Positions 1 through 11,995 of a stretch of DNA of 64,000 nucleotides are shown here, piece after piece. Origin of the DNA: Camelus dromedarius (taxonomy: Eukaryota); assembly GCF_036321535.1 (NCBI RefSeq), contig NC_087437.1, positions 35,342,001 through 35,406,000 of the forward strand, in the 5' to 3' direction. A program made the position numbers and the translations under genes. The stretch's first letter is position 1, and every line of letters starts with the position of its first letter. The notes beneath the pieces were generated by a model. The model saw only the letters and a list, made by a program, of their open reading frames with translations, made no database searches and had not been told where the DNA came from.

Positions 1-87
1 TGTAAGAGCATGTCTTATTTGTCTTTGTATTTCTTGTGCCTGGAACATAGGAGATACGTAGTATGTGAGAAATGAATAAGCAAATGG
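1..87 (+). mobile_element. L2 3'-end fragment
   Basis: gtcttatttgtctttgtatttcttgtgcctggaacatagg...aatgaataagcaaatg resembles the L2 terminal segment and (ATGA)n tail. Confidence 0.55.
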
Positions 88-159
88 CTGTGGGCTTAAA
101 ATATTTAATCTTTTCATTGATTTGGGTATTCGGAGTATTTTCACTTTACTGTTTATATA

Positions 160-310
160 TAATTCTGTAAACTGTATCATAAATCTTTATTTGAGTTTTG
201 CATTCTTTCCAATAGATAGAAGTAATTCCTAGAAGTGGAATTACTGGGACAAAGAGTGTGAATATTTTGAAGATTCTTGCTATGCATTGCTCAAATATGT
301 ATCAGAATAT
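160..310 (-). mobile_element. Ancient L1M (L1ME-like) ORF2 3' fragment
   Basis: aattcctagaagtggaattactgggacaaagagtgtgaatatttt is the typical antisense L1M segment. Confidence 0.6.
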
Positions 311-3202
311 TTGATGTTCTTTACAATTTAATCCAAATTTTAGCAAATATTTGTTTTTAAACAATAGCATAGTGAAATCATAGATTTTTTTCCAATTTCC
401 TGCTGGGGAGTTATTTTTGGGTTGGATGATACTCAGTTTCTATTTGCAAACTGCCCACAATATTCTGAAGTCAGTCATATTAAATTACCCTCTGTCTCCT
501 CGTGCTATGGAAAGTATGAAAGAGAGCATTTAAAAAAAGCCAAGGAGGCAGTGTACAAAAGCTTGAGTTTTTTCCTTTCTTTTTCTTTTGTCACAGTCTA
601 ATAAATTCCTAGTGGACTCTGATTATTAAGACACAGTGCAAGGCCTACCTTTTTAACCTTCCTTTCTGAATAGACTATTCAACTTAAACTGCTTTTTAAA
701 AATTCAGTATGCACATCTGGGGAGTTTGCTACCCCTGTGCTTTACAGGAAGGTTGTGTGAATTAATACATTTATACGGCATTATGTGGATGCTCTGGGAT
801 GAACGATTTGGTATAAAACATAACTCTAGTACTGTTATTTAAAAGCAAACTTCTTTGGGGAAAGAAAAAAGGCCTCCACAGTAACTTTTGATTAAAAGTT
901 ATGTATTCCAGTACTTTTTTCCAAAGGCGATCTCCAAGGAGGCCTTGAAAATTGTACCCCTTGCCATCTGCTGATATGATGCAGCATAAAGGAGATATGA
1001 TATGGTCTAATTTTTTGTCCATCAGTTTTAAGCCAGTATGGTCTTGATTTGGTCTCAGCTCATCTTAGTGACACTGAGTTTATTGTTATGTTTTGAAATG
1101 TTTTCCTTATGTTTTGAATCATTTTTGATTGATTTTAATTGTTTAATTGGAACTGACTTCATGTGGCTAATTCCCTGGCAGACTTTTTTTTTTTTTTTTT
1201 AACAAAGCAGATCCCAGGTTATCTGGAATGCATGGGGTTTTGGTAGCTATGGTAACCACATCATAAACCTTGATGGATGGCAGGTGCTTTAAGCACTTCA
1301 ACTATTAGAACCTTATGGGCACTCGATGTGTTCAGCCAAGAATGACATTTGCCCACAGGGATCATAAAACAGAAAGAATCTTTACTCTTGATTTGGCAGG
1401 GAGGAGATAACAGACACATACTAACGAGGACATAATGAAGCTGGATGAGGATTACTCTGATAAATACTGCTAAAAGAGAGAAGTGTGGGGCTAAAGCAGA
1501 GAGTATAGTTTAAACAGCAAAGCAGTGTAATCTTTCTCTACATGCTACGTGCATCTGGTAACAAATACTGTCTTTGTAGACCATTATCTCTGAGTCTTGA
1601 CATCCGGAGTCACGGGTGGATCATAAATCAAATTTTAGGAAGAAATGATAAGCCCAGAACTTTTGAAAATTGTGATGTGTTTATCTGAAAGATGGGAAAG
1701 AAAGCATTTATTAGTTTTTTGATGACTCAGGGAGTGGGAATGAGGAGACAGTAGGTAGTCTGTTAGATGACAGAATGGGGCTTCAACATTACTCAGATGA
1801 AATGAAGGTGGTATCACCCCTGAAAATCTGGTTAGAATCAGGCAGAAAGGTTTAAGTTAAGAGAGCAGAGCGGAGCACAGTGGTTGCATCAAGGAGAAGC
1901 ATTTTAGAAAGATGCTGAATATGCAAAGGAGACTAAGAGTAACTAGGGACTCATAGCAGAAAATACTGTATTTAAGAGAATAGATCACCGGGTGCTATTT
2001 AATAAATCAAGAATTTCAGAAACTGGTAGGTTTATAACAAATATGATAAATAATGTAGTCCCAGAGGGTTGCAACTGCACAGGGTCAAAGGGAATATGAA
2101 AAAAAAAAAGTCAAATTAACATTGGCCTTCAGGAGTATGCTTTTGTCACTCAGTGCTCCTGATCAGTCCCTAGGTTAAAAGAAACACACTGTGGATGGAG
2201 CACGAGAGATTTGGGAAAGTCATCAAGATATTTCTAGGCAATGAATCCTGTTAATTATGAGAAAAGCCTTTTTGGGAGGGACTTTGATTATTCTCTTTAA
2301 GGATCTTTAAAAACAGGATGGTAATTCTGTTGTGTTGTTAGAGAGGAGTTACCCAGGCTGTAACGGGCTCTGCGCTTTTAACATCCTCTTCAACAGTCTT
2401 TAAAATATGCTTCCATTTCTGATCAAGGATACACAACATTCTCAATTTTCTCTGTGGAACTGGCCTGTAAAATTCCATGGAGTGCAAATCCACTTAGTCT
2501 AATCCATCATTTACTCAAAATGTTTTGGGTCTCGTGAGATTTCCATGGGCCCTGGTATTGTGATAAAATTTCCTCTTAGGACATCCAAATGAACTGGAGT
2601 TGATAGTTTTTCCTTTTACTTCTCTCCTTCCAGCCTTTTCCATATTTAGGTTAGGCATTTATACAAGAAATGCATCAAATTTTCAAGCTCCATCATAATA
2701 TGAATAATTAGAATAACTTTTCTGGCAGTTTAGAAAGTTACAGAGGAAACTAAAATGGCTCAGAGTCAATACGGTATTTTCCTGGACTTGGATCGATGGT
2801 GTCCTCTGTTGCATACAATTATTTGGAGCATTTTGGTCTTAATCAGGGTTATGTTGGCTGATGTAACAAAAGATATTCAAAGTAGCTGAAGTATAAAACA
2901 GTAATTTATCAGTAGGCAGTGAGAAACCTCATGGAATGAGAGGGTGACAAGTATAGCTGAGCTTCATGGAAGGGCTGGAGTCAGGAACTGGAAATATGTT
3001 CGGTGAAAGCAATCCTTTCACATCCCCTTTATTCTGTATACCTAGTGTCAAATGTAGACTCTCCTTACGACCAAGGTGATTGATGTAAGACCTTGAGTTC
3101 CAATGTCAAATTCTTGTGAGAGACAGTCAAATAAGATCATTTGAATTAGCTGTGGACCCTTCCACTAATCCGCTTATGGCTGGGGAGAGTCCAGGAATAG
3201 GG

Positions 3203-3380
3203 CAGTGGCTTCTCAAAGTGCGACCCTTGGACAGGCAGCTGGGAATTTGTTAGAAATGCAAGTTTTGGGGCCATACCACAGATCTTCTGATTAAAAAATT
3301 CTGGAGGTGGGGCTCAGAAATCTGAATTTTAACAAGCCCTATGGGTAATTCTGAGGCATACTGAAGTTTGGAGACCTCTA
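3203..3380 (+). mobile_element. MER5A hAT-Charlie MITE, near full length
   Basis: cagtggcttctcaaagtg...gggaatttgttagaaatgca...ctggaggtggggctcagaaatctgaattttaacaagccc...aagtttggagacctcta follows the MER5A consensus end to end. Confidence 0.85.
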
Positions 3381-3999
3381 TAAGACCACCAGCTCATTTG
3401 GCTTTCCCTCCTGGTCTGAGCGTTGGAAGTCCAGCATCCCGGAAACCCCTCAGCCCAGGACATACTAGGGAAGCTGGCTACTCTATTCCAGGTTTACTTC
3501 CTCCTCAGGAGAGGCTGTGGGAGCACATGCTGAGATGCAGGATGTACACGCTTAGGGGGCCTGAGAGGTTCTCCTGACCAGGCATGTCGGAGTGGTAGAA
3601 AAATAAAGTGATACATTTTAATTGTACTTGAACAACCCTTCCAATTTAACTGGAAAAAGTTATTAAAACTATTTTTAGGATATTGCAGCATCCCAAGTGT
3701 ATTCTCTTAACTTTTTTATGTTTTTAAAACATGATGAGCACTCTAAAGTTAGTTTATCAAAGTATCTTATAGAATGTTAAACTTCTAGGGTTTCCTTTGA
3801 GTTTGGTCACTCCAAAATTTACACAGGAAACTGCCTGAAAGAACAGTTCCCCAAGGTCCCCACCAAGCAGCCACGGAGAGAAGGTCCCAGGTCAGTTTCC
3901 TGTCCCATTTGTTTAGTTGCTGCCGGGCTCAGTGGGGGTGGAAGTCCAGGATGGGCCTCCTGGCCCTGACTCCTTCTATCAGTCTTCCTTTTTTACTTA

Positions 4000-4160
4000 T
4001 AAGTTTTTTTTTTTTTTTAAATGTGTATGTGTTGGGTGGGAAGTAATTAGGTTTATTGATTGATTGATTTTATTATTTTTTTAATAGAGGTACTGGAAAT
4101 TGAACCCAATACCTTGTGTGTGCAAAGCATGAGATCTACCACGGAGCTATACCCTCCCTG
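4000..4160 (-). mobile_element. tRNA-derived SINE of camelid type (Vic-1-like)
   Basis: Minus strand reads GGGAGGGTATAGCTCCGTGGTAGA (A box)...GGGTTCAATTTCC (B box), then an AT-rich tail and poly(A); 12-bp TSD cttttttactta at 3988-3999 and 4161-4172. Confidence 0.85.
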
Positions 4161-5419
4161 CTTTTTTACTTAACTTTTCCTAATTCCTAGAGTAATTTCC
4201 CTTCTCCCTCCAACCCAGACAGGAGTTACAGCTTCTCTTGTTTTGAAACACAAGGTCAAAGTAATACATTTATAAATTAATTTTAATTTGTGAGACTCCA
4301 AATTTCACATTAGAGAACTCAAGCAAGTCAGGGAAGTACTGTGCGGCCCTGGATGGGCAAACGTGTTCCATTATTGAGCTCAGGCAGGGGAAGGGTATGT
4401 TTCATTGTTTGTTCTTTCCAGAAGTCTGCAACTCAAGGGAGTTATCATTCTACATTAAATCAAAAACCTCTAAACACCTTCAAAGTGATGAAAAAATCTT
4501 TCACAATGGACAGTTTGAAAAATGTAAAAGTTATTCTCTGTCACTGAGATTTTATGGGGAAAGCTGATTCTAAGCACTCCCTTTCTAAGCTTTCTAATAA
4601 ATCAACACTATTGAAAACATTTACAAGTGTCAGTGTGGCATAGAAATTATCCCCATAGAAAATTATGACTTTTTTTTTGCTTTTCTATTGCTTGGAGAAC
4701 ACTTTACAATATTGCCAATGCCTGCCACTCCTCCAAGCCCTATAGCAGATGTGAACAGAATCATATATTGGAAAACATGATGGCTGTGCATTCATAAGAC
4801 ATTCTTATCAAACAAAATGCGTTCATGCTTCCTCACTGCATTGGGGTTTATAGTAAATCACCAGGAATCATATTCTGTGGGATTTAAAAGAGATGTAGAA
4901 TCTCTTGATTTAGAAGACTTAAAGGGGAGAAGCTCTGGGGATTTACAGAGTTTTCAAATTTGCTAATACTGAAAGCATTACTATTCTAAAAGTCTTTATT
5001 AAGAAAAATAAATAACACCTTTTATCTTTCCAGAGGGAAGCTTTAGCTTTGAGGAGGAAAATACTGTGTAAGGAATAAATGTTGCTTTAACATTGCATTC
5101 CATCAAAGAAGCTGGCTAATGACATGCTAAAGTTTAATTCTTTAAAGAGGACCATTGGTGAGGGCTCATTTATCCTTGTCTGATTTATGAGTTAATCTTG
5201 GATCAAACAAAGATTGGTAGGTAAACCTAGATCAATTTATGGAGTAATTATTTCACAAACAACTTGCAGTGAAATATTAAAGTGTGTGGACATTTGTGAA
5301 CCTTAGAATAGTTAAATTTCCCAGAGGGAAGCTGGTTCCCTATTTCTTAAGTGCTTTAATTATACATGCTTGATTCTAAACAAAGACCTGAGAGGAACTT
5401 TCTGTTTTGTCATTAAATT

Positions 5420-5510
5420 ATTGAGTTGGAAGAGAATTTAGACCATTAAGTTCAATGTCCTAATTTTACACATGAGAAAACTGGAACCATGGCTTGGCCA
5501 AGGTTACAAG
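5420..5510 (-). mobile_element. MIR fragment
   Basis: ttttacacatgagaaaactg...cttggccaaggttaca MIR core. Confidence 0.5.
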
Positions 5511-5780
5511 GTGCAAGGTGCTTATTTCATGGGGAAAACACTGATGGTGAAATTTAATCTAACTGAAAGTGACTTTTGTGAATTTCCCCCAAATTTTGGC
5601 CTATTGTTTGGAAAATGAAAGTTTAGTTTGGGAAGAAGAGGCTTCAGAATTTAATGGTAATATGTATAAATTTGATAGGGTCTTATCAGATATATGCAAA
5701 ACAGAGCTCTATTCTTTTCTAATAAATGATTTCCCTCTTTGAGTCTTCATTACTGCTCATCAGCAGAAGACTGAAAAGTT

Positions 5781-5887
5781 ATTTTTTAATTGAAGTACAG
5801 TTGATTTACAGTATTATATTAGTTTCAGGTGTACAACCATAGTAATTCAAAATTTTCATAGATTATCCTTCATTTAAAGTTATTATC
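5781..5887 (-). mobile_element. L1 extreme 3' end (older laurasiatherian type)
   Basis: ttaattgaagtacagttgatttacagtattatattagtttcaggtgtacaac...catttaaagttatta. Confidence 0.75.
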
Positions 5888-7277
5888 TAAAGAAGATAGA
5901 CATTGTTTATTTCTATATACTTCAGTCACTTCCGGTTTAAAACTTAATTGTTCTTAGGTCTGTTAGATTCAAATAAGTTTTTATAATGAGTTTGGGCATA
6001 GTTCACCCGGTCACTGTTTGGATTGAAAGGTCTTTCTCTCTCTGAGCCTCCATCCCTCCATCCCTCTTTCCTCATCATCCCCTAGCATCGATGACTCCGT
6101 AGAAAGATACCTGCAGGGAGGAGAGGATGGGGTGGGATGTACTTGTCCAAATTCTGGCTTGACTTTTAACGGAGACCATGTCTCACCACCAGGGCCCTGG
6201 AAGGTGACTCTCCCAGTTACCCTACTCCTAGGGCACATTAGTTCATCGTGAGACACTTGATGGCCTTGCTTCTATGCTTCTATGGTGTGCACGCCACAGC
6301 CCATGCTTGTGTGATTCTTTCACCTTCTTGTGGGGCTCAGTGCCTCCATTATTCATGCTTTTGTTGGTTTTTAAAGAGGATTCTCTGGCCGCAAAAAGAC
6401 TGCTGGATCCTTTCCACATCTGACGTGGAGAGAGGGGGCAGACCCAGCCAGCACATGGGCCCTGTTTTTCCTTACCTCTTCCCGCTGAGTTGTGTCCTGC
6501 TGCCATTTCCCCATGGTTCCCCTCCCTTAGTGCCCAGCACCAAAGGACCCATCTGTGTGCTGGATCCCTTAGCCAACTCCAGTAGGAACTAGGGAGCCAC
6601 TGGAATTTCCAAACCCTTCATCTTCAGGTCTCCCAAATTTCATGCCTAGTCTGGTTGAAGTCCATCCTCTACTGGGTGGGGATAAACACCTTCCTTCTCC
6701 AAAGTCTCCTGGCTCAAACATCCATTTATCTTTTGAGTTGGTAAAGGCCAAAGGGTTAGTACTGACTCATTCACATCTCTGATGGATTTAGGGCCTCACA
6801 CTCAGTGGTAAAATCCTATTTGAATTTAGTTATTTTGCTACACGTGCTACTGAATTTTAGTTAATTACTTGTTTTGTGGGCAGCTGTTTTTGCAGTAACC
6901 TGTATGCTTTTAGTTTAGCCATCAGGGGAGAGAAGAAATCAGTAGGGATCCCAGGAGGATGAAAAAGGAGACTTTATTGATATTGATCCCTATCTTCTGT
7001 GGCTTTGGATAATCCAGTACATATCAGCAGAGAAATAGTAACTATCTGATATAATTGTAGAGACTTTATGGCCTGCATGCTTAATACCATCACTAATTAA
7101 GCAGTTGAGAGGACAATGGGAAGAACATAGATTTTTTCACTTTATTTCATGGAACAGCTTTGAAAGATGAAAAATAGGTACGTGTAGACATTAAGGGAGT
7201 ATTTTTCAAACACTAGCAAAACCACAATAAAAGGATGGTTGACAGGCCAGAACAATGCCTTTGACAAATCATGGCCA

Positions 7278-7515
7278 ACATTTAGTGAGCTCTTACTATT
7301 GGCCAAGCACTGTCTGAAGTACTTTATGGATATTAAACAATTTAATCCTCACCCCTCTTTGAGGTAGCTTTTTTCTGTTACCCCTTGTCAGTTTGCAGAT
7401 GAGGCAGCCGTGGCTCAGCGAGGCTAAGTAACTTGCTTGACAGCATCAGCTAACAAGTGGCAGAGGTGAGATTATAAACCCAGGTGTCTGTGCTCCTAAC
7501 CACGATACCATACAG
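7278..7515 (-). mobile_element. MIR SINE, near full length
   Basis: catttagtgagctcttacta...aagcactgt...tttaatcctcac...gcagatgaggcagccgtggctcagcgaggctaagtaacttgc...aaacccagg. Confidence 0.85.
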
Positions 7516-8409
7516 CTGGTTTCTGAAAGATGTGATTAAATCTAACTGTCAAGATTACTTACGCTAACCCGAGAGCTGGGTGTCAAGAAGGCAGCACATC
7601 ATCCTACAGTGAGATTGTCTTTTCTGGGCCGGACTGATGTGCCCCGTGTTGCTTCTGTCTCGGAAGTGTGATGATGCTGCCATTGACCTTCCCTGGGCAT
7701 ATTTCAAAACATGCTTTTGGGGCCCATGCTGAGTTAATTCAGCAGGCTGGGCTAGAGTTCTGGGATCTGCCTACTTTTGATGGTGCCCAGATGCTTGTGA
7801 TGTTATGCAGGTTTCTTTCTGGGTCCTGGTCATTTCTCTGAGTGCTGAGTCTCAAGTTTGGGTCCTTATGCAATGCTTTTCCACACATTTCAGGCAGAGG
7901 AATCAGCAATGCAGAGGCTCTGGGGTGGGGTGGGAATAAGATTTGCATCTTTAAAGATCAGGAAAAAGGCCAGTGGGGCTGAGGCTTGATGAGGAGTGGG
8001 AGAAGAATAGAAAATGTGATCACAGAGGTCAGACCACATGGGGCCCCACAGGCGAGGGTTTGGGGTTTGCATTTAGTGCCACACAAGATGGGACACAGTA
8101 GAGACTTAAATGCAGGGACTGACATTGTTAAACATCTTAACCATCAAATGAAATCCAAACAGGCTTTTCAAAGTAAAGCATTTTCACTAGGCTCTCCATC
8201 TAAGAGGAGATAGGCATCTGGGCTGTTTTCTGAAGATACTTGAGTTTCTTTAGATATTTCTTTCCACTAATTTATTTTTATCTTATGTTTTATATGCAAT
8301 GCCACAAGCCATTCTACTGAAAAATGGAGACAGATATTTTAAAATTCTTTTTGTTTTTTAAGATAAATTCTGAAATTCTAGGCATTAAAATCTAGGTTCT
8401 AGAATTTAC

Positions 8410-8979
8410 TGTATTAGCTTTCTATTCCTGCTGTAACAAATTACCACAAACGTAGCAGCTTAAAATCACACAAGTTTATTTGCTTGTGGTTCTGTGGGTC
8501 AGAAGTCTGACACAGTTGCCCTGGGCTAAGATGAAGGTGACAGCAGGACTGCATTCTGATCTTGGGGGCTTCAGGGGAAGTGCCTTTACCTTTTCCAGCT
8601 TCTGGAGGCCACCCCTTCCGTGACTCCTGGCCCCCTTCCTCCACCATCAAAACCAGCAATGCACTCATCTCTCTGACTGTTCTGTCCTCACATCTCCCTG
8701 AGACTCCTGCTGGTAGAAGTTCTCTGCTTTTTCTTTCTTTTTAAGTTCTTATTTTTTAATTGAAGTGTAGTCAGTTTACAATTTTAATGTCAAATGCCCT
8801 GCTTTTAGGCACCCATGTGATTAGCATCATTCATACAATCCAGAATAACCTCCTTATCCTAAGGTCCTTCACTTAACCACATTGGCAAAACCCCTTCGGC
8901 CATGTGAGGTAGCAAATTCACTGGTTCTAGGGATGAAGATATGGACACCTTCGGGTGTGGTGTCATTTTGCCGACCACA
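8410..8979 (-). mobile_element. MaLR solo LTR (MLT1D/E-like) containing a tiny L1 insertion
   Basis: TG..CA termini; tgtattagctttctattcctgctgtaacaaattaccacaaac...ttccagcttctggaggcc...atccagaataacctcc...ggacaccttcgg. Confidence 0.85.
8732..8798 (-). mobile_element. Ultra-truncated L1 3' end inside MLT1
   Basis: T-rich tail plus ttaattgaagtgtagtcagtttacaa; TSD ctgctttt at 8724-8731 and 8799-8806. Confidence 0.7.
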
Positions 8980-11339
8980 CCGTGCTCCTTCTAGAAGGAA
9001 ACTGCCTTTGGAGTCTAATTTTTATAAAAACTCAGGGTAACATAAAAGGAGTTGGTTTGAATCTGGCATTTTGAATGGTGATTTTTCAGTGAGGTTTTTT
9101 TCTTTTGCTCTGTGAAATCAACAAAATATTTCATCATTTTCTGAAACCTTTACCAGTCCTGTTATGACTTAAATGTGTATAGAAGCTTCTATATTACACA
9201 TAAATGGTTTTCCTTTCTATTGTTTTCTCTCCTCAAGTATTCTTTCCTTTTATTTGTGCATTATCTCGATGTCAAAGCATTTCTCAACTTGACAATTTCT
9301 TTCCAAAGGTTTCAGGATTCCATTGCACAGACTTTTTATTGCTTCACCGGAGAAACTCATCACAAAGTTGTTTTTATTCACTACCTGGTTACTGCACTTC
9401 CTGACACCAACACCATTTTAACCTCTAAATAGTGCAGATCCTTTGTATGATATTTATGACAAAGAGGTCATAGATAAACACAATTAAAATGCAATGGGCA
9501 TTCTTGGTTAAGTGTCAGCTTTAAAATGAATAGATTTATATTTCTCTAATTTAAACACACATATACATGTATATATTTTATGAACACTCATTTGTAATGT
9601 CTTTTCACTGTCTTCCCACCTTGCAACTGACTACGTGTGACAGAGATGGCTGGGTACCTAGAGTTCTATTGAGAGCTTACATGCTGGTGGAAAAGATTTG
9701 AAAGATTGAAGGGCGTGTATTGGTCAGAAATCTGGTGGTGCTTGCAAAGTGCAAGATACCACCTGGCCCTGGTGAGCCAGTGTTTATCCAGGAACATGTG
9801 CTGTAGGCCTTTCTAGGGCTTCCATTTGAATTGGGCCGTGCTGTCTCTCTTCCATCTGATCCTCAACTGATTATAAAGTCTTCTGTTGTTATATGTCTCC
9901 AAAGACTGTCCAAGCCTGTTCCACCAGAGTTCCTAGTAGCTCTTTCACACGAAGGTTCGGATTTAGCCTTGCAGCTCTTTCAGCAACTCTTACACTTGAG
10001 GACATGACAGCACATTTGTATGTCTGTTTCACTTAGCAGGGAGGACCAAAAAAACTTCTTCACAAGTCTTGTCATTTAATTTGCTCTGTCCCTACGTTTT
10101 TGTAAATGTTATGGCTGTTCTTTGACAGGTCTCTAATTTTTCAAATAGAATGACTGTTCATGAGAGGATTTCAATTTTCAGCACTTGGCTTTTCTCTTCT
10201 TTTTCTTCTTTAAATATGCAGCTTAAATTGTGAAAATGCCAGTTCGAACGTCAGCAACTCAAATTCAAATATCAACCAAAGTCTCTGTAACTCCCATGGT
10301 ATTTCAGCTCTGCTCCGATCTCTCCTTTCTTTACGTCCCTTTCAGGGAACTCTGCCCTGCCGGCTCTTCAGCTTGAGGGATAGGAGAGTCTAGTTTCTGC
10401 ATCATTCAGGGGACTACATTTTCCCCTCTGGTTTTTTTTTTTTGCCTTGTTTCCAAATTGTGAATTATGATTAAGTTCCCTAACAGATTACTGATAAATT
10501 CTGAATCCCCCGGAGGTGGGTTGTACATCGGAGACAGCAGATAAATGAATGTGAAGATTGGCATCCTCATTATGTAGGGCAACTGGGTGGGGAAGCTGGG
10601 GTATAGTAGTGGCTTTTAGAAAAATCTGCTTTCTTAATCTCTGGATTAAAACATATGAATCTTTTGAAAACTATATTTCAATATAAACTAACTTAATTTA
10701 GGAAAATATCCAGGACGGTAAAATAGTTACTGGGTACATTTGAAATGATGTTACTGCTCAGTTTGTGAAGATATTCAGGTCAGCTTACACCAATTTGAAA
10801 ATATTGTGTTTGCCGACAAATGGTGCAAATATATCACAGGCCTTAAAATTGGTTTATAAAACCATCTAAACATTGCATGCAGAGTCAAGATATTTTAAGG
10901 ATGTGCTTGAGGGAGTGCAAACCTTCATTTCATGGGAAAATAAAGAACTCAGTGCTAAGGAAATTGATGTTAGGCTAGAAAGTTCCCTATCTAAAATATG
11001 TATACCTACTTTGAAGGGGAAAAGAAAGCCATCTGTCTAACATATGACTTCTAAGTATTGAAAACAAAAGTCCGGACTATAATGGGTATAACTCCATATT
11101 TAAATTCTTCCATTAATCATCTTAAGGTAATTAATTCTTAAATATGTGAGAATTGATTCTGTGAAAGGCTGCATAGTTTGCTGGATTTCTGCCTTCTGTT
11201 GGGACCTCAAGCCCACACTGATCCATGGCAGTGATCAGCTGGAGCTGAGGTGCTGCAGCCTCTTCAGACGGGGCTTATGGTCTCCATTGGTTTTTCTATC
11301 CCAAGACCTGCCTCACCTCTGTTGGGCTGGAGGTCCCAC

Positions 11340-11995
11340 CAGCAAATTAGGACCAGATCATGAAGGGTCTTACATAAACAAACCAGTACATTTTAAAAAT
11401 TCTTATTTTTTATTGAAGTGCAGTCAATTTACCATGTTAGTTTCAGGTGTACAGCAAAGTGATTCAGTTATACATATACATATATATATTTTCAATTTCT
11501 TTTCCATTACAGCTCATTACAAGTAATTGAATGTAGTTCCCTGTGCTATACAGCAGGTCCTTGTTGTTTATCTATTTTGTATATAGTACTGTGTATCTGT
11601 TAATCCCAAACTGGTAACCTATCCCTTCCCTTGCCTTTTTCTGCTGGTAACCACTGTTTGTTTTCTATGTCCATGAGTATATTTCTGGAACAAACCAGTA
11701 AATTAAGCTTTTTTTTTTTTTTTTTTGATGGAAAATGGTTTTTCAGTAAAGGAGTGGCATGACCAGAATGTGGCTTCAGAAAAATCTATCCGGGAGCTGA
11801 ATTTCAGGTGGATGGGAAAAGTGAGAAATTAGAGGTGGAGAGGACAATTAGGAAGCTGTGTAATAAATCAGGTGAGAGACAGTAAGCATGAAACTAGGAG
11901 AGTGGCCAGTTAGAGAATTAGCAAAGTGGAATTTATAGGATGTTGTGACTGTTGATATCTGTGAGGTGTGAGCGAGGGAAGAATGCAAGGGTCTT
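11340..11995 (-). mobile_element. L2 fragment interrupted by L1
   Basis: gaccagatcatgaagggtctt...aggagtggcatgaccaga...ttaggaagctgtgtaataaatcaggtgagaga are antisense L2 motifs. Confidence 0.6.
11389..11688 (-). mobile_element. 5'-truncated artiodactyl-type L1 3' UTR
   Basis: ttttattgaagtgcagtc...ggtgtacagcaaagtgattcagttatacat...gttccctgtgctatacagcaggtccttg; TSD aacaaaccagta at 11377-11388 and 11689-11700. Confidence 0.9.

Noticed and set aside
735..815. Possible exon after tttacag with an open frame (RLCELIHLYG...)
   Set aside because: The sequence resembles a decayed MIR tail, and the donor is weak
4085..4160. tRNA gene
   Set aside because: The tRNA-like head has a SINE tail, poly(A) and TSD, and the cloverleaf is degenerate
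11146..11526. 126-aa ORF
   Set aside because: Runs from unique DNA through L2 into an antisense L1 3' UTR; a chance ORF
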